From contig CATNEN010000038.1 of assembly GCA_950097015.1 (NCBI GenBank), positions 1,364,001 through 1,428,000 on the forward strand: DNA of 64,000 nt, given 5' to 3'. This DNA comes from Macrostomum hystrix. Lineage: Eukaryota; Animalia; Platyhelminthes. The stretch's first letter is position 1. Each line of letters opens with the position of its first letter. Below, in pieces: positions 45,086 to 58,500 of the stretch. Position numbers and translations under genes: made by a program. The notes beneath the pieces are model-generated. The model did not search any database. It was not told where the DNA came from and was given only the letters and a program-made list of their open reading frames with translations.

Positions 45086-45612
45086 GTCCGACAGTGTTAT
45101 TTTTTTCTTTACACTTTTCTAATTTATTTATCTATTTGTAGTTTATGCGTTACAATTCATTGTTTGTTTGCTATTCGGCATTGAACCTAGACGAATGTTC
45201 AATTTATTCGAAAGAACATAGACGAAACCTATGTGATGAATGCCTCAAATGAACACCAACAAAAGTTAACTTTCAGTCAACGCAGACATTGGGCGGTATG
45301 AATAAAAATCGAGAAAATCTCAGCAGAAATTCTTGTAAGCCAAGAAAAAAAGAACATTTTTTCTTATCTGTCGAGATTTTCGCGCGTAGAAATTCTCTCA
45401 AGCTAAGAAAATCTGCAAAAGACATGAATAAAGTTTTCTTGGCTTGCAAGACTTTCTCGCAAGAATTTATGAAGCAAAGTGTCGTCTATGGGCCAACCTG
45501 GGCAGGGTTGGGTGGAATCTCGAGAGACAGAAATAAGACTGAGTGCACAACTGACGGCTTCCACTTTCGAGAAAGTTTTTGGCTGGCCTATTTTTTGCCT
45601 TGCAAATGAAAA

Positions 45613-46023
45613 ATGAAGGCAGATGAACAAATGGAAGGGCAAGACGCACAAGTACATGAAGAGGATGCGGACTGCATCATCGACGTCCTGACAAAACATG
45701 CGATTTTGTTGACCAAGAGCAGCACGCCGGTGGTAAAATGGCAGAAGGAGGAAGCCATTAACGCGATGTGCATAGAGCTGGAGACGTTGACTGGAAAGTC
45801 GTTCGACACGAAGAAGACTTTGAAGAAGATTGCCAACATGAAGACCCGATTCAAGGCAAAGACCGACCGTAACAAGACTGGGAATCGGCCCATCAAACTT
45901 GCTCCGTGGGAATCGAAGATGGCGAGCATCATGCAGGCGGAAACCAATCCGACTGTGCAAAACCCCCGGTGCATTCTCGGTTGGACTTCCGACGTTGTCG
46001 GGCACGCCTTCGCTGTCCACTAA
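45613..46023 (+). CDS. Myb/SANT-like (trihelix) DNA-binding protein, transposon-associated type
   Basis: ILLTKSSTP.V.KWQKEEA...M...L....G..FD.KK.LKKI.NMKTR.K.KTD..KTGNRPI.L..WE pattern. Confidence 0.55.
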   Translation: MKADEQMEGQDAQVHEEDADCIIDVLTKHAILLTKSSTPVVKWQKEEAINAMCIELETLTGKSFDTKKTLKKIANMKTRFKAKTDRNKTGNRPIKLAPWESKMASIMQAETNPTVQNPRCILGWTSDVVGHAFAVH

Positions 46024-46108
46024 CGGACTCCCGCCTGTGTCCTGCTTTGTCAAGCAACTATCGAGCTCGGCTGGAATCAAATCGGTTGCAAGTGACGCCG
46101 GCTCATCA

Positions 46109-47560
46109 TTATCGCCGCCCAATAAAGCTATTCAAAAAAGAAATCAATGATGTTTGAACTGCCGTTGACTTGGATTCGCATTTTTTCTCTGGTGGGCTTT
46201 GGACCCGATGAAACTCCTCATCTCCACTAATGGATGGCGCAGCCTCAGTACGATCCATACAATCCAAAGACTTCTTCATGGCGGTATGCACGTTCACAGA
46301 GGACTTGTACAAACTGCGATCACGCCTCTTATGCAGATATCGCCGAACGGTCGCCTCCGACTTGTGACCCGTCACAAGCATGATGTCGTGGACAGCATGC
46401 CCTTCGCTTTCCAAGTCGCAAATGCGCGTGACTCTAAAAATGCGATGGTATCTTGTTCAGAAAGGTGAACAAACAATTATGCTTTTACTTTTAATTCGTA
46501 ACACAAATATATACTCACCTAATGCAGTGGTTGGTATAAGGCTTGCTTAGCTTAGCCTTCTCGGATAGGTTCTTCATGTACTCTTGTAAATAACGCAGAC
46601 CACGGTGTGCCTTATCAGAGAAGATAAACTTCTTCCCAATGGTGCTCTTCATAGGACGGTCGTACAGTTCTAGCAGCTCAAGATCATATATTCTAGCGTG
46701 CTTCAAATCGGCGACCTGACCAGCGTCCAGTGTTGCTAATCGATTCTTCGATGGTAGCGTCGGCAAACAGGCACCAGAAAGTTCCGATTGAGAAACTTCT
46801 TCATGTGCTCCCGTCCACGCTCTCCAAGCTGATACACGAGATTGAATAGCAATTCATCTTGGAGTCGTTCTCCGTCACTACGATCAAAGTAGTCGCGCAA
46901 TTTAACCATGTCTCCCTCCTCGATTGCATCGTAGCTTTGAACTGTCTTGCCAGACTTGATAAATTCACGGACCTTGAATTCGAGCATCCTGTTTGAGCCA
47001 TTAAAAACGGTCCCAGTAGCAACCAGATTTGTCTGTCTCTTCACAATGATATTCAAATATCGCTGGATAGCGGCTCGGATGCAGACTAACGACAATGGTG
47101 AATAGCTCTCACCGCCCTTTGTTTTCAACTGGAAGTAGAATAATCGTAGATACTGATTCAGGGTGTTGTCATTCACTTTCGCCAAATCGGAGTTCAGACC
47201 GCGACCCTCCAGAAATTCGACAAACTTGCGCCCATGATCCTCCATCTGTTTCCGACTGCTTTGAGGTAGACTTTCCATCTCAGCTTCATCGATGCTGGTA
47301 AGTTGTTCACGAATATCAGCAGGCAGATCGGATGAGTTCGCTTTGTCGCCGATGGAGTTTTCACAAACCAACAAGAACTGGGTCACTAGCTCGTCACGAC
47401 GGCAGTCATTGCGCGACAGTTCGGCCACGAAATCCAACTCGGACTGGGACAAAGCATTTAAGCTATCGACAGGAAGATTATTAAAATTTAGAAGATGGAC
47501 ACTTCTAGCATCCATGTCTAGGCTTCCAGGTTTGTTAATATTTCTCTCTAGTCTAAGCAT
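46109..47560 (-). mobile_element. Crypton-type tyrosine recombinase (DUF3504-like), frameshifted or internally deleted, with an 85-nt intron (46434-46518)
   Basis: LNQYLRLFY..L.TK.GE.YS..SL..IRAAIQRYL, F..SN..L, LGERGRE (R), YTNHCIR (HxxR) spliced to VTR...IMLVTGHKS...RRY (H, Y). Confidence 0.82.
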
Positions 47561-47948
47561 GTGCTCTTCTCCCCTGCTTGCCTCAATCAACTTTCGTCCT
47601 TAGTACAAAACAGAATATAATATTTACAGTGCGTTGCAATGCAAGTTTTGTCTATGGTAATCCTCAATGCTAATATCGTCAAATAGGCTAGAGAGAAGGG
47701 TATGAATACACTCTACCATAGACATCAAAGTTTTCTTCAAGTTTTCTTCACACCCCCCTGCTACGAGCGTCTCACTTTTCTATGCCACAGACAGTTCATA
47801 CGATTTGATCGTCCAATAGCGATACAATGAAAAGACTGGGGCCGCTGTTTATTTACTCATTGTTTTTCTGCGCAGGAAAATACCTTTTTTCGCAGCCTAG
47901 CTCACTCTAGTTTTTTCCCTCATTTTAGCTGCTCCTCGTAATAATATA

Positions 47949-49482
47949 CTTCTTTGCGATTGAATTCGTCCAAACTGCAAAACCTTTCGTCCACTAACGC
48001 CTTCTTATGGGAGCTAAATTTAGATTATACCATAGACAACTGTGTTCACGCAAAACGGTTCATCCAGTTTGTAAAACATTTCGTCTAAACCCTTCGTCCA
48101 AAGAGCCAACAGTTAAACGGAGCGACTTTATTTGATATCACGAGATTTTGAACAAAGCAAAAACAGTGTCTCTTGTTAGAATGTTAGTTCAAAATGTCTT
48201 CGTAGTCCAAACAGCGGCCGTAGTAACCCACAGTGTGATTGGTCCATTGCTGGCACTTCTCCTGTGTAATCACGTGCAGTGCAGCTTCGACCTCTCTCTT
48301 CAAAATGTGCATCCGCCAGGCATGCAGAGTCAGGTTCGCAGCAGCAGCAGCTTGCCGATTAGAGAGCTCGTGCTGAATAGCGGGAACTGACAGTGCCCTC
48401 TTCACTGATGCCTTCAGGGAAGACCCTGCGCGCTCAGTTGGGTTGAGATACGGAGAGTACGGTGGCAATTGATAGGTGCTGTGTTGCGGTGAAAGTCCAG
48501 GGACATGAAGGTGAGCGCGGGCCCCATCAAAGATCGCCACCCACTCAGCCTCCACCAGGACATCCAGCTCTACTAATAAGTCTGCAAAATTTTGAGCTCG
48601 AAAACCTCCTTCCACCAGCGCATAGTGAACAAGTCCCCATTGCAGAGATATGGCCAAGCAGAGAGTCAGGTTTTGTCCGCGCTGGCCACATACCGTTCTC
48701 ACCGCAGGCTGGCCTCGATATGCCCATCCTTGAGTTCTCGCCGTCCACAGGTTCAGCCCGAACTCATCGAGAAAAATCTGGTTCCTGTCGTGTCCTTGTT
48801 CATCATCCACTGTGCGTACTCCCATCTCGCCGCCTCCACAACTGGGTCATTCCAATCAAACGTAATCTGCCTAGCCAGCTTCAAAGTCACCAGCTGTTTG
48901 TCAAGTGCTCGACTTATGGTTGAGACATGAGGAAGCTGACCTTCATTGCCAAGTTGCATCAGATGGTTCCGCATCATTTGTAATGTCGCGGATGGGTTTG
49001 CCTCGAGGAACTCGATGATTGACTCAATCTGCTGCTCTTGCAGTTTCTTCGGACGGCCACCTGATGATGGAAGCTTCTCAATGCGCCTGGTTTGAACGTA
49101 GGTGTCGACAATCATTTTGGCTGTCTTTCTCTTGATCCCAAGGATATCGGCCAGTTGTTTCCAATCACGGCCTTCTTCAACAGCCAAGGCTAATCGCCTG
49201 CGGTTTTCGTTTGACACTGGATGGTAGGGGCCTCGGTTCATCTTCGACTGTTTTACCGGGTTCAGAATGGAAGATATGCGTTGCTGTAGCTGTAGTGGTA
49301 GCAAAAGCGAACTGTCAATTGGGTCACTCGGTCTCTAGTCTAGGGGACGAAATGTTTGACAAACTGGATGAACCGTTTTGCGTGAACACAGTTTTCTATC
49401 GTATGATCTAAATTTAGCTCCCATTAAGAAATCATTTGTGGACGAAAGGTTTTGCAGTTTGGACGAATTCAATCGCAAAAAG
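47949..49482 (-). mobile_element. IS630-Tc1-mariner superfamily DNA transposon with ~140-bp TIRs and TA TSD
   Basis: TIRs 47949-~48085 and ~49345-49482 (CTTCTTTGCGATTGAATTCGTCCAAACTGCAAAACC / reverse complement); TA on both sides. Confidence 0.88.
48184..49241 (-). pseudogene. Tc1/IS630-like transposase split by one frameshift near 48790
   Basis: HTH region with GGRPKKL and TISRAL; FLDEFG (D), IFDGARAH (D), LPPYSPYLNPTE (E). Confidence 0.85.
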
Positions 49483-49977
49483 TATAGTTGCATGGCTTTT
49501 GTGGTAATCTTTTTCTCTTTCCTTGTTCACTCCGCAACATACACGATGCATGCATGTTCAGTACAATTTCGTCCGGCTGAAAATATGACTATAGCTGACT
49601 GATGATTTAGAAAATCAGTTTAGCTTTTAGTACTGCCTTGCCGATGCCTACTGCAGTTTTTGCTGAAGCAGGTGAATGAAGCATGTAGCATGAGAGGTGC
49701 ACCGATCGGGATGGCGACAAGATTGAAAAGTAACTTGTCCGTCCATACCGTCTGTTTATATATCCAATGCAGTTCTATCATTCATTAGACAGAACTCATA
49801 ACAGAGTAACTCACAGAGTGATGTTTACATGTTTACATGAGCGCCCGGTGCGTACAGATGTCTGGATTTATTCAGAGTCAGGACGGTGAGGCTTGCAGAG
49901 CTGCTTCCATACGAGTCCATCATGTGGTCTTCCGGCGGAGCAGGTGACCTGTTCCGCCGGAAGACACATCCAAGACG

Positions 49978-50372
49978 GGGGTGAGTGGCAGAGCGGTCGA
50001 ACGCTCTCGATCCAAGGTCCATGGGCTTGATTCCGCGGCGAGGCCGGCCACAAGGCTTCGGTTCTTAATAGAAGCCATTTGGAGCGCAAGGCTTTGGGGC
50101 TTGCATTTGTCGTGCAATTTACACCCTTGAGGGCCAACTCCAAGGCACAGTGAAAATTTACATTGCCTGACGATGAGAGAGCCAGGGCAGATGTACACCC
50201 CTGTGTGAGCTTGCCTGCGTACAGTATCTGTGTGCGTGCGTGCTCAGGAGTCAGCAGAATGGGCAACATGGCCTCCTCGCAGGTTGCGCGGGTCGATCTG
50301 TGTCACCAGCACGTACACGATATGATCTGCGCCAGTGCCAGGAGCCCTCCTGAAAATTATTGTTATTATATT
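49978..50372 (+). mobile_element. SINE family A, full-length-like copy
   Basis: GAGTGGCAGAGCGGTCGAACG...GCTTGATTCCGCGGCGAGGCC head, family body, ATTATTGTTATTAT tail. Confidence 0.8.
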
Positions 50373-52031
50373 AGTCCACGGCTCAATATATTACTGACTG
50401 AGCAATATATCACGGTCAGGTCGTCTAGCGAAGAAATAGCTAGAAGCTCCGTCGCTACCATCGTCAACGTACCACCAACCCACCATTTCCGCAAGAGGAT
50501 TAGGGACCCGACGCCCAGGATTTGGAGGCGCCATCGAAGATTTTGAGAACGCCACCTAGGATTTATGGGCGCGTCCACGAATTTCAAAAATGATAAATAA
50601 CTGCTTCAAAAATTTAGAGAACCTTTTTACCTTGATTAGTTTGAAATATGAACTATTGTAACATATTGTGCTTGAAGTTGTGCTTATGTAACTGACGATT
50701 CGCACTGCGGTGACTTTTCGGCATCCCAAGCTCCGTTTTACTGCATGGCTTTTCATTTAAAATTATAAATAATTTCAAACTTACTTTATAATAAATATCA
50801 TATTGTACAACCATACTGTTCATTCTGAAAAAGGAAAAAAATATGAATTTGTACAATTACAACTTTAGTTTTAGCGCGATTTATGTAAATTATAGTAAGT
50901 GACGAGTAAATTTAGCACTTTTAATGCAGTAAAAAATTGCTTTGTTATGCTACAATCAAAAAATTGTTATATGTTTCTTAATAGAAAATTTGCGTCAAGC
51001 CCTGAATTCAAAATAGTAGTTATCATCGTGGAGACTTAATGTTTTCTACTTATTTTAGTGCTCTGAGTTTATTCGTGATGCCCTACTAAGACAGCCTGCC
51101 TGTGTTTACCTAAACGTGTACATGTACCTTACAACATTCTATGGAACTAAACCAGGAATTCATTAGGTCTAAATACTTCGGATAAAGTACGTGGCACATG
51201 AATGCCCTAGCGTCCTTGACCTTGCTAAACTAGTGTGTTTTAGATTTAATAATACAAGTACATTTTACCAGCTTTCTAATTTATTCTTGTAGATAGCTAG
51301 ATATGGAATAACCATAAAAGCCCCTATGTATATCCATTTAGTCTATCCATTTAGTCTATTTAGTCTATATATATCCATGTCTTAGTAGGGAATCATGAAT
51401 AGAATAGAGCCATATGATGTAAAATGTAGAAAGCTTGACTAAAAAGTGCTGATATTATACCTTTAAACTTATGTGTTTGTTGCTGCATCTACATCCATCG
51501 AATTATATTTTTCATGTTGTTTGTATGGTTTGCCATATATCTATGTATTTTCTACAAGGAGCTAGCTATTTTTGCTACTTTTTATTTAGCTACCTGGTCA
51601 GCTCTGTCTTCACTGGTAATTCTACTAACTAGCCATAACTAATTTAGATAGACACAACTTTAGTCTTTGACTTCCTAATGTCACTATGAGTTTATGACTA
51701 GACTAGGCTAGTATTTGAAAATACAAGTCTGTATAGAATAGGTATTATAAATAATAAACAAAACTGCATGGTATCTAGCTAATAGATTACCTAGCTAGAT
51801 TTAAAATTATAGGTTGCCCTAGGCCTAACCTGACAATATCTTATGATACCTGATGATATCTATAGCAATCACCTGCACATGATTAAGCTAGGGCCTAGTT
51901 GTGCATCTGATTTTTTACTTATTTTAGAATGAAGCAAGATGCTTTATAGCTTTGTCTTGTCAATACTTATATAATTCAACAGTTAATACATGGTTTTTAT
52001 AACTCAACTTCTCTTGAACTTTTATAACTCA

Positions 52032-52350
52032 GAGACACTGTAGCCTAGTGGTTAGGGTGCTGGACTCACAACTTGAAGTTTGGGCATTTAATTCCCGACT
52101 CCACTGAAACAATTTGTGTCCTTTAGCAAGACACTTAACTCTGCATTGCTTCAGTTCACTCAGCTGTTAAATGGGTACTAGCATCAGCTGGGATAATTGA
52201 AGGTGGGTGTGGTGTCCCCCCAGTCTATGGACTGAACAGCTGTACGCAGTCTTCAGATACGTTGTGCAATAGCTACGGCTGTGTTTTTGGCTGCACATCT
52301 GGCCAATTGGGACAGGTGTAATCAATTGTTAAATCAATAATTAATTATAA
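52032..52350 (+). mobile_element. tRNA-derived SINE family C with a conserved central domain
   Basis: GTAGCCTAGTGGTTAGGGTGCTGGACTC tRNA-like head, then GTGTCCTTTAGCAAGACACTTAACTC...CAGCTGTTAAATGGGTAC typical of metazoan central-domain SINEs; single copy here. Confidence 0.6.
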
Positions 52351-52559
52351 CTATAACTCAACAAAAGTAAAAAATGGCAGATTTTCTACATAATTTCAGT
52401 AGTACATACATTGCTGGCCATAGCTAGATTGATGCCTACTTTGCCTTAAATTTATATTTTTACTGAGTCACTATTTATATTTAAATTGTTTATCATCTGC
52501 ACAGTTGATCTAGAAGCTAAATAAAGTAAAAAATTAAGCAACTAGCTCATCATTTTCAG

Positions 52560-55500
52560 ATGCCTAAAATTTTTGATTATTTTTTGGGTCCCAGGCTTTA
52601 TCGCTACTTGGATTCAAGTAGACAGGTAAGTTTTTTTTATTTTAGTTACTATATGGATAAACATGCTGTAGAATTATCTAGATCAATAATACCAATGGCT
52701 AAAAATGAATTAAAATTTTTTTTTCTTAGAGTCAACAATATGAGCCAAATATTCTTGAGGCCATCCCAGATTACATCTTTGGCACAGTAAGCTTTTTGTT
52801 TTTTTCTATTAAAATTCTAAGTCTTTGTCTTCAAAGATTTCGATTGAGTATATTATGCACATTTTTATAAATACTTCCAGACAAGATTCTGCATTGGTGT
52901 GGTTCAATGGGGCTGGCCTATGGCTTTACCATTTATGATCAAACAGGCATTTTACTCAACAGGTGTGCTTTTTATTTTAATATCTTTGTTTAATGTAAAA
53001 AGCTGTTAATTTTAAGCTTTTACTCTTGATAATCAATTGATATTGAAAAGCATATATGTTCTGTCATACTATATGATCGAACAGGGCTGCAAATCGTCCT
53101 TGATCCTTTATTAATTTACTTCATAAAACTCCCAGAACTTTAACTTAGATTACCTATGCTCCTAGATCGTTAACTTGTCTTCCCCAAACTCCCAAATACC
53201 CAATCTGTGTTCCCTACACTCCCGAATCCCCAGTACATTTTTGCCACACTTTCAAATCCCCAGTACATGTTTGCCACACTCCCAAATCCCCAGTACATGT
53301 TCCCCACACTCTCAAATCCCCAGTACATTTTTGCCACACTCCCAAATCCCCAGTATGTTCCCTACACTCCCAAATCCCCAGTACATGTTCCCTACACTCC
53401 CAAATCCCCAGTGCATGTTTGCCACACTCCCAAATCCCCAGTACATGTTTGCCACACTCCCAAATCCCCAGTACATGTTTGCCACACTCCCAAATCCCCA
53501 GTATGTTCCCTACACTCCCAAATCCCCAGTACGTGTTCCCCACACTCCCAAATCCCCAGTACGTGTTCCCCACACTCCCAAATCCCCAGTACATGTTCCC
53601 CACACTCCCAAATCCCCAGTACGTGTTCCCCACACTCCCAAATCCCCAGTACGTGTTCCCCACACTCCCAAATATTCAATCGCTGTTCCCTACACTCCCG
53701 AATCCCTAAACTCCGAGACCCTAAAACTGTGCTGCCAATGTGCCGCGGATTTACTTTAAATTTTCTTACCCGTATAATGTCAACTTGTCCTTCTTTATTT
53801 TCTCACCGACTCGAACCCACCGGCAGCTGAGCAGCTGTCAATCCGCTGTCAGGCTGTCATCGCGTACTCAGTTGGCGCCGCATGCCTTCTGATGTGCGCT
53901 GCCTGCTGCCGATGCCTCGGTCGTTGCCTGAATCCGAGCTACGTCAGCCTGGTTAAGGCGCTGCGCCGTATCAGACAAAACGGAGGCGACTTCACCAGCG
54001 AGGATAAAGAAATTCTTTCACAATTCGACTTCGACTTCTGGGCCTGGCCAGTTGAATATCGAGCGAAGTTCAATGTCAGTTCGCCGAGTGATCAGACAGG
54101 CCAGCAGCGGCCTCTGGCTAATCAATTAGATTGGTTGCTAAGCCCAGCCAGTCGGTTGCTAGTGCAAACAATTGGCGTCCGTATGACTTATCCCGGCTGT
54201 ACGGCTCTGATGAATGCCCTGGTGCGGCCCATGCTGCAGCAGACAAGGGCTGGACTGCAGGTTTGGGACTGCCTTGCTTTGCTGCAAGATTGCCAGTTAT
54301 TTGCAGATCTGCTGCAAGATTGGCAGTTATTTGCAGATCTGCTGCAAGATTGGCAGTTATTTGCAGATCTGCTGCAAGATTGGAAGTTATTTGCAGATCT
54401 GCTGCAAGATTGGCAGTTATTTGCAGATCTGCTGCAAGATTGGCAGTTATTTGCAGATCTGCTACAAGATTGGCAGTTATTGGCAGATCTGCTGCAAGAT
54501 TGGCAGTTATTTGCAGATCTGCTGCAAGATTGGCAGTTATTTGCAGATCTGCTGCAAGATTGGCAGTTATTTGCAGATCTGCTGCAAGATTGGCAGTTAT
54601 TTGCAGATCTGCTGCAAGATTGGCAGTTATTTGCAGATCTGCTACAAGATTGGCAGTTATTGGCAGATCTATAACCAGATGCTTTTAGATCTGCAATCAG
54701 TTGTTGATAGATCTATAACCAGATGCTTTTAGATCTGCAATCAGTTGTTGATAGATCTATAACCAGATGCTTTTAGATCTGCAGTCAGTTGTTGATAGAT
54801 CTATAACCAGATGCTTTTAGATCTGCAGTCAGTTGTTGATAGATCTATAACCAGATGCTTTTAGATCTGCAGTCAGTTGTTGATAGATCTAAAACCAGAT
54901 GCTTTTAGATCTGCAGTCAGTTGTTGATAGATCTATAACCAGATGCTTTTAGATCTGCAATCAGTTGTTGATAGATCTATAACCAGATGCTTTTAGATCT
55001 GCAGTCAGTTGTTGATAGATCTATAACCAGATGCTTTTAGATCTGCAGTCAGTTGTTGATAGATCTATAACCAGATGCTTTTAGATCTGCAGTCAGTTGT
55101 TGATAGATCTATAACCAGATGCTTCTAGATCTGCAGTCAGTTGTTGATAGATCTATAACTATATACTCGTACTTTTATGTCTGCCATAATATGTTGTAAT
55201 GGAGCTTCATATAAAAAAATATAATTTTACTGTTTCACGCTACTTACTGCTCTACAGCAGTAGTATCCATGGTAAAATCTTAAAAGGTTTCAATATACAG
55301 TTTCCGTCTAAACAGTCAGTACAGCCAGTTGCAACGCCCATTCGCAGACTCAGCACAATATCCAGCGTGTCAAGCTGATGACCCCGGCTGGTCACGTGAT
55401 CGAGGCCTTCTACGCCGACCGCCGCGGCGGCCCAGGCGGAGACGAAAACAACGGCGACATTCTCATCGTCTGCTGCGAAGGCAACGCCGGCTACCCGGAG

Positions 55501-58500
55501 ATTGGCTGCATCGGCGTGCCGCTAGAGAAGGGCCACTCCGTGATTGGCTGGAACCATCCGGGCTTCGCTGGCAGCACCGTGAGCTGTCTGACTCAAACTC
55601 TGGCTCAGCTTCCCCTATCAAAATCTGCCTAGATGTGCCTGCTACCTGATTATCTGCCTACACGCATTCACAATCTACCTATTTCCATTCACAATCTACC
55701 TATTTCCATTCACAATCTACCTACATCCATCCACAATCTACCTACATCCATCCACAATCTACCTACATCCATCCACAATCTAACTACATCCATCCACAAT
55801 CTACCTACATCCATTCACAATCTACCTACATCCATCCACAATCTACCTACATTCATTCGCAATCTACCTACATCCATCCACAATCTACCTACGAGTACTA
55901 TCCATTCACAATCTACCTACATCCATTCACAATCTACCTACATCCATTCACAATCTACCTACATCCATTCACAATCTACCTATCTACCCACGCTACGGGA
56001 TTTCAGGGTCTGCCTTTTCCGAGCACGGAGCGCGAGTTCATAGAGACGGTGCTGCAGTTCTCACAGCAGCGGCTTGGCTTCGCTCTTAACGACACGGCCC
56101 TCCTCGCCTGGTCCATCGGCGGCTTCTCGGCCACCTGGGCCGCCTCTCGTCACCCGGAGCTGCGGTTTCTTGTCCTTGACGCCACCTTCGACAACATAGA
56201 AGAGCTGGCTGTTAAGGCTATGCCTAAATTCGCCAGCAGTCTTGTTCGATACACAGTCAGGCGCCACTTGAATCTGGACAATGTTGAACAGCTGTGCCGG
56301 TGAGATCGGCCTCCCTGCCGAACTGTGCTCACTGTTTCTGCTTGTCCAACAATCTGTGCTCACTGTTTCTGCTTGTCCAACAATCTGTGCTCACTGTTTC
56401 TGCTTGTCCAACAATCTGTGCTCACTGTTTCTGCTTGTCCAACAATCTGTGCTCACTGTTTCTGCTTCTCCAACAATCTGTGCTCACTGTTTCTGCTTGT
56501 CCAACAATCTGTGCTCACTGTTTCTGCTTGTCCAACAATCTGTGCTCACTGTTTCTGCTTGTCCAACAATCTGTGCTCACTGTTTCTGCTTGTCCAACAA
56601 TCTGTGCTCACTGTTTCTGCTTGTCCAACAATCTGTGCTCACTGTTTCTGCTTCTCCAACAATATGTGCTCACTGTTTCTGCTTGTCCAACAATCTGTGC
56701 TCACTGTTTCTGCTTGTCCAACAATCTGTGCTCACTGTTTCTGCTTCTCCAACAATCTGTGCTCACTGTTTCTGCTTGTCCAACAATCTGTGCTCACTGT
56801 TTCTGCTTCTCCAACAATCTGTGCTCACTGTTTCTGCTTGTCCAACAATCTGTGCTCACTGTTTCTGCTTGTCCAACAATCTGTGCTCACTGTTTCTGCT
56901 TCTCCAACAATCTGTGCTCACTGTTTCTGCTTGTCCAACAATCTGTGCTCACTGTTTCTGCTTGTCCAACAATCTGTGCTCACTGTTTCTGCTTGTCCAA
57001 CAATCTGTGCTCACTGTTTCTGCTTCTCCAACAATCTGTGCTCTGGATCTCCACATTTCAATATTTTGCTCTCATATTCAGCTATCATATTCAAGATTGC
57101 ACTTTAACCAAGGCCAAGAGAAGCTAGACCCACATCAAGATTTCATTGTTTTTTTCTTCTGTCGCAGTTTCTTAGCCTTAGAACAGCCACGATTTCAATT
57201 AGGTATTTTCCCAGAAGCTGTCAGTCTGTCTGTGTTTTCAGTTGACTAGCAAACGCTTTTGCTGATCCATGCTAAATCAAGGGCCGTTTAAGTTTAAGTT
57301 TTAGGATACAGGACAAGCACTGACAAACTGACCATCAGCTGCAACCTACGTATGGCCCAGCCGGAAACCAAAAGTTATCAACTTTACAATACACTACACT
57401 CCCCTAAAACCTGCCACCACTATCCTAAAACCACTTAAAAGAGTACCCTACAGCCACTTAGAACAGTATACTACAGCCACTTAGAACAGTACCATACAGC
57501 CACTTAGAACAGTACCATACAGCCACTTAGAACAGTACCATACAGCCACTTAGAACAGTACCCTACAGCCACTTAGAACAGTACCATACAGCCACTTAGA
57601 ACAGTACCCTACAGCCACTTAGAACAGTACCCTACAGCCACTTAGAACAGTATACTACAGCCACTTAGAACAGTACCATACAGCCACTTAGAACAGTACC
57701 ATACAGCCACTTAGAACAGTACCCTACAGCCACTTAGAACAGTACCCTACAGCCACTTAAAACAGTACCATACAGCCACTTAGAACAGTACCCTACAGCC
57801 ACTTAGAACAGTACCCTACAGCCACTTAAAACAGTACCATACAGCCACTTAGAACAGTACCCTACAGCCACTTAGAACAGTACCATACAGCCACTTAGAA
57901 CAGTACCCTACAGCCACTTAGAACAGTACCCTACAGCCACTTAGAACAGTCTCCTACAGCCACTTAGAACAGTATACTACAGCCACATGGAAGTTGGTCG
58001 GAATAAAAAACTAAGACATTGTCCTGAATGCTGGTAATACAAAACTACGTACAGTGCATTTTTCTCAATTTAAAATAATTCACAACAAGCCAATACTAGT
58101 CCAAACAAATAAGAAATACGCGATCAAACTGCCCAAATCAATGTATCGTGCGCAGCCTGGCAACAAATACCGACCTCAGTTTAGTGTCAGCTGTTAGGAA
58201 AAACACGGGATATGCCAGGCAGCTGCTGTGCGCTATCCAACGAGCGTGGGAGACACTATCTGATGCCAGCATGCGGAGTGGCTGCTGCTGCCTCAGCTCC
58301 GGTTGGCAGTGCAGCAAATTGCTGATGGCATAGGGCGACCAGAACGCTAGGCCAACAAATAATAAGCTGAGATGAAGGCCCAGAGAGTTCAGTGGCCGCT
58401 GATCGTCTGTTAAAACTTGCTGCTGGGGCACCGCTTGGCTGTGAGAATGAAATCAGGCAGATAATAGATACTAACTTGGCTTCTTCAGTAGCTCAAAAGT

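Noticed and set aside
45403-46122. 239-aa minus-strand ORF
   Set aside because: Antisense to the Myb/SANT ORF with no recognisable motifs
49978-50050. Possible tRNA genes (also at 11962, 21530-21600, 22400, 52036)
   Set aside because: No complete cloverleaf, and each continues into a shared repeat body; these are SINE heads
54261-54732. LLQDWQLFAD repeat extension of ABHD16A
   Set aside because: Intron begins at CAG|GTTTGG (54261) and homology resumes at 55348
56281-57249. Cys-rich repeat ORFs
   Set aside because: Minisatellite translation in three frames
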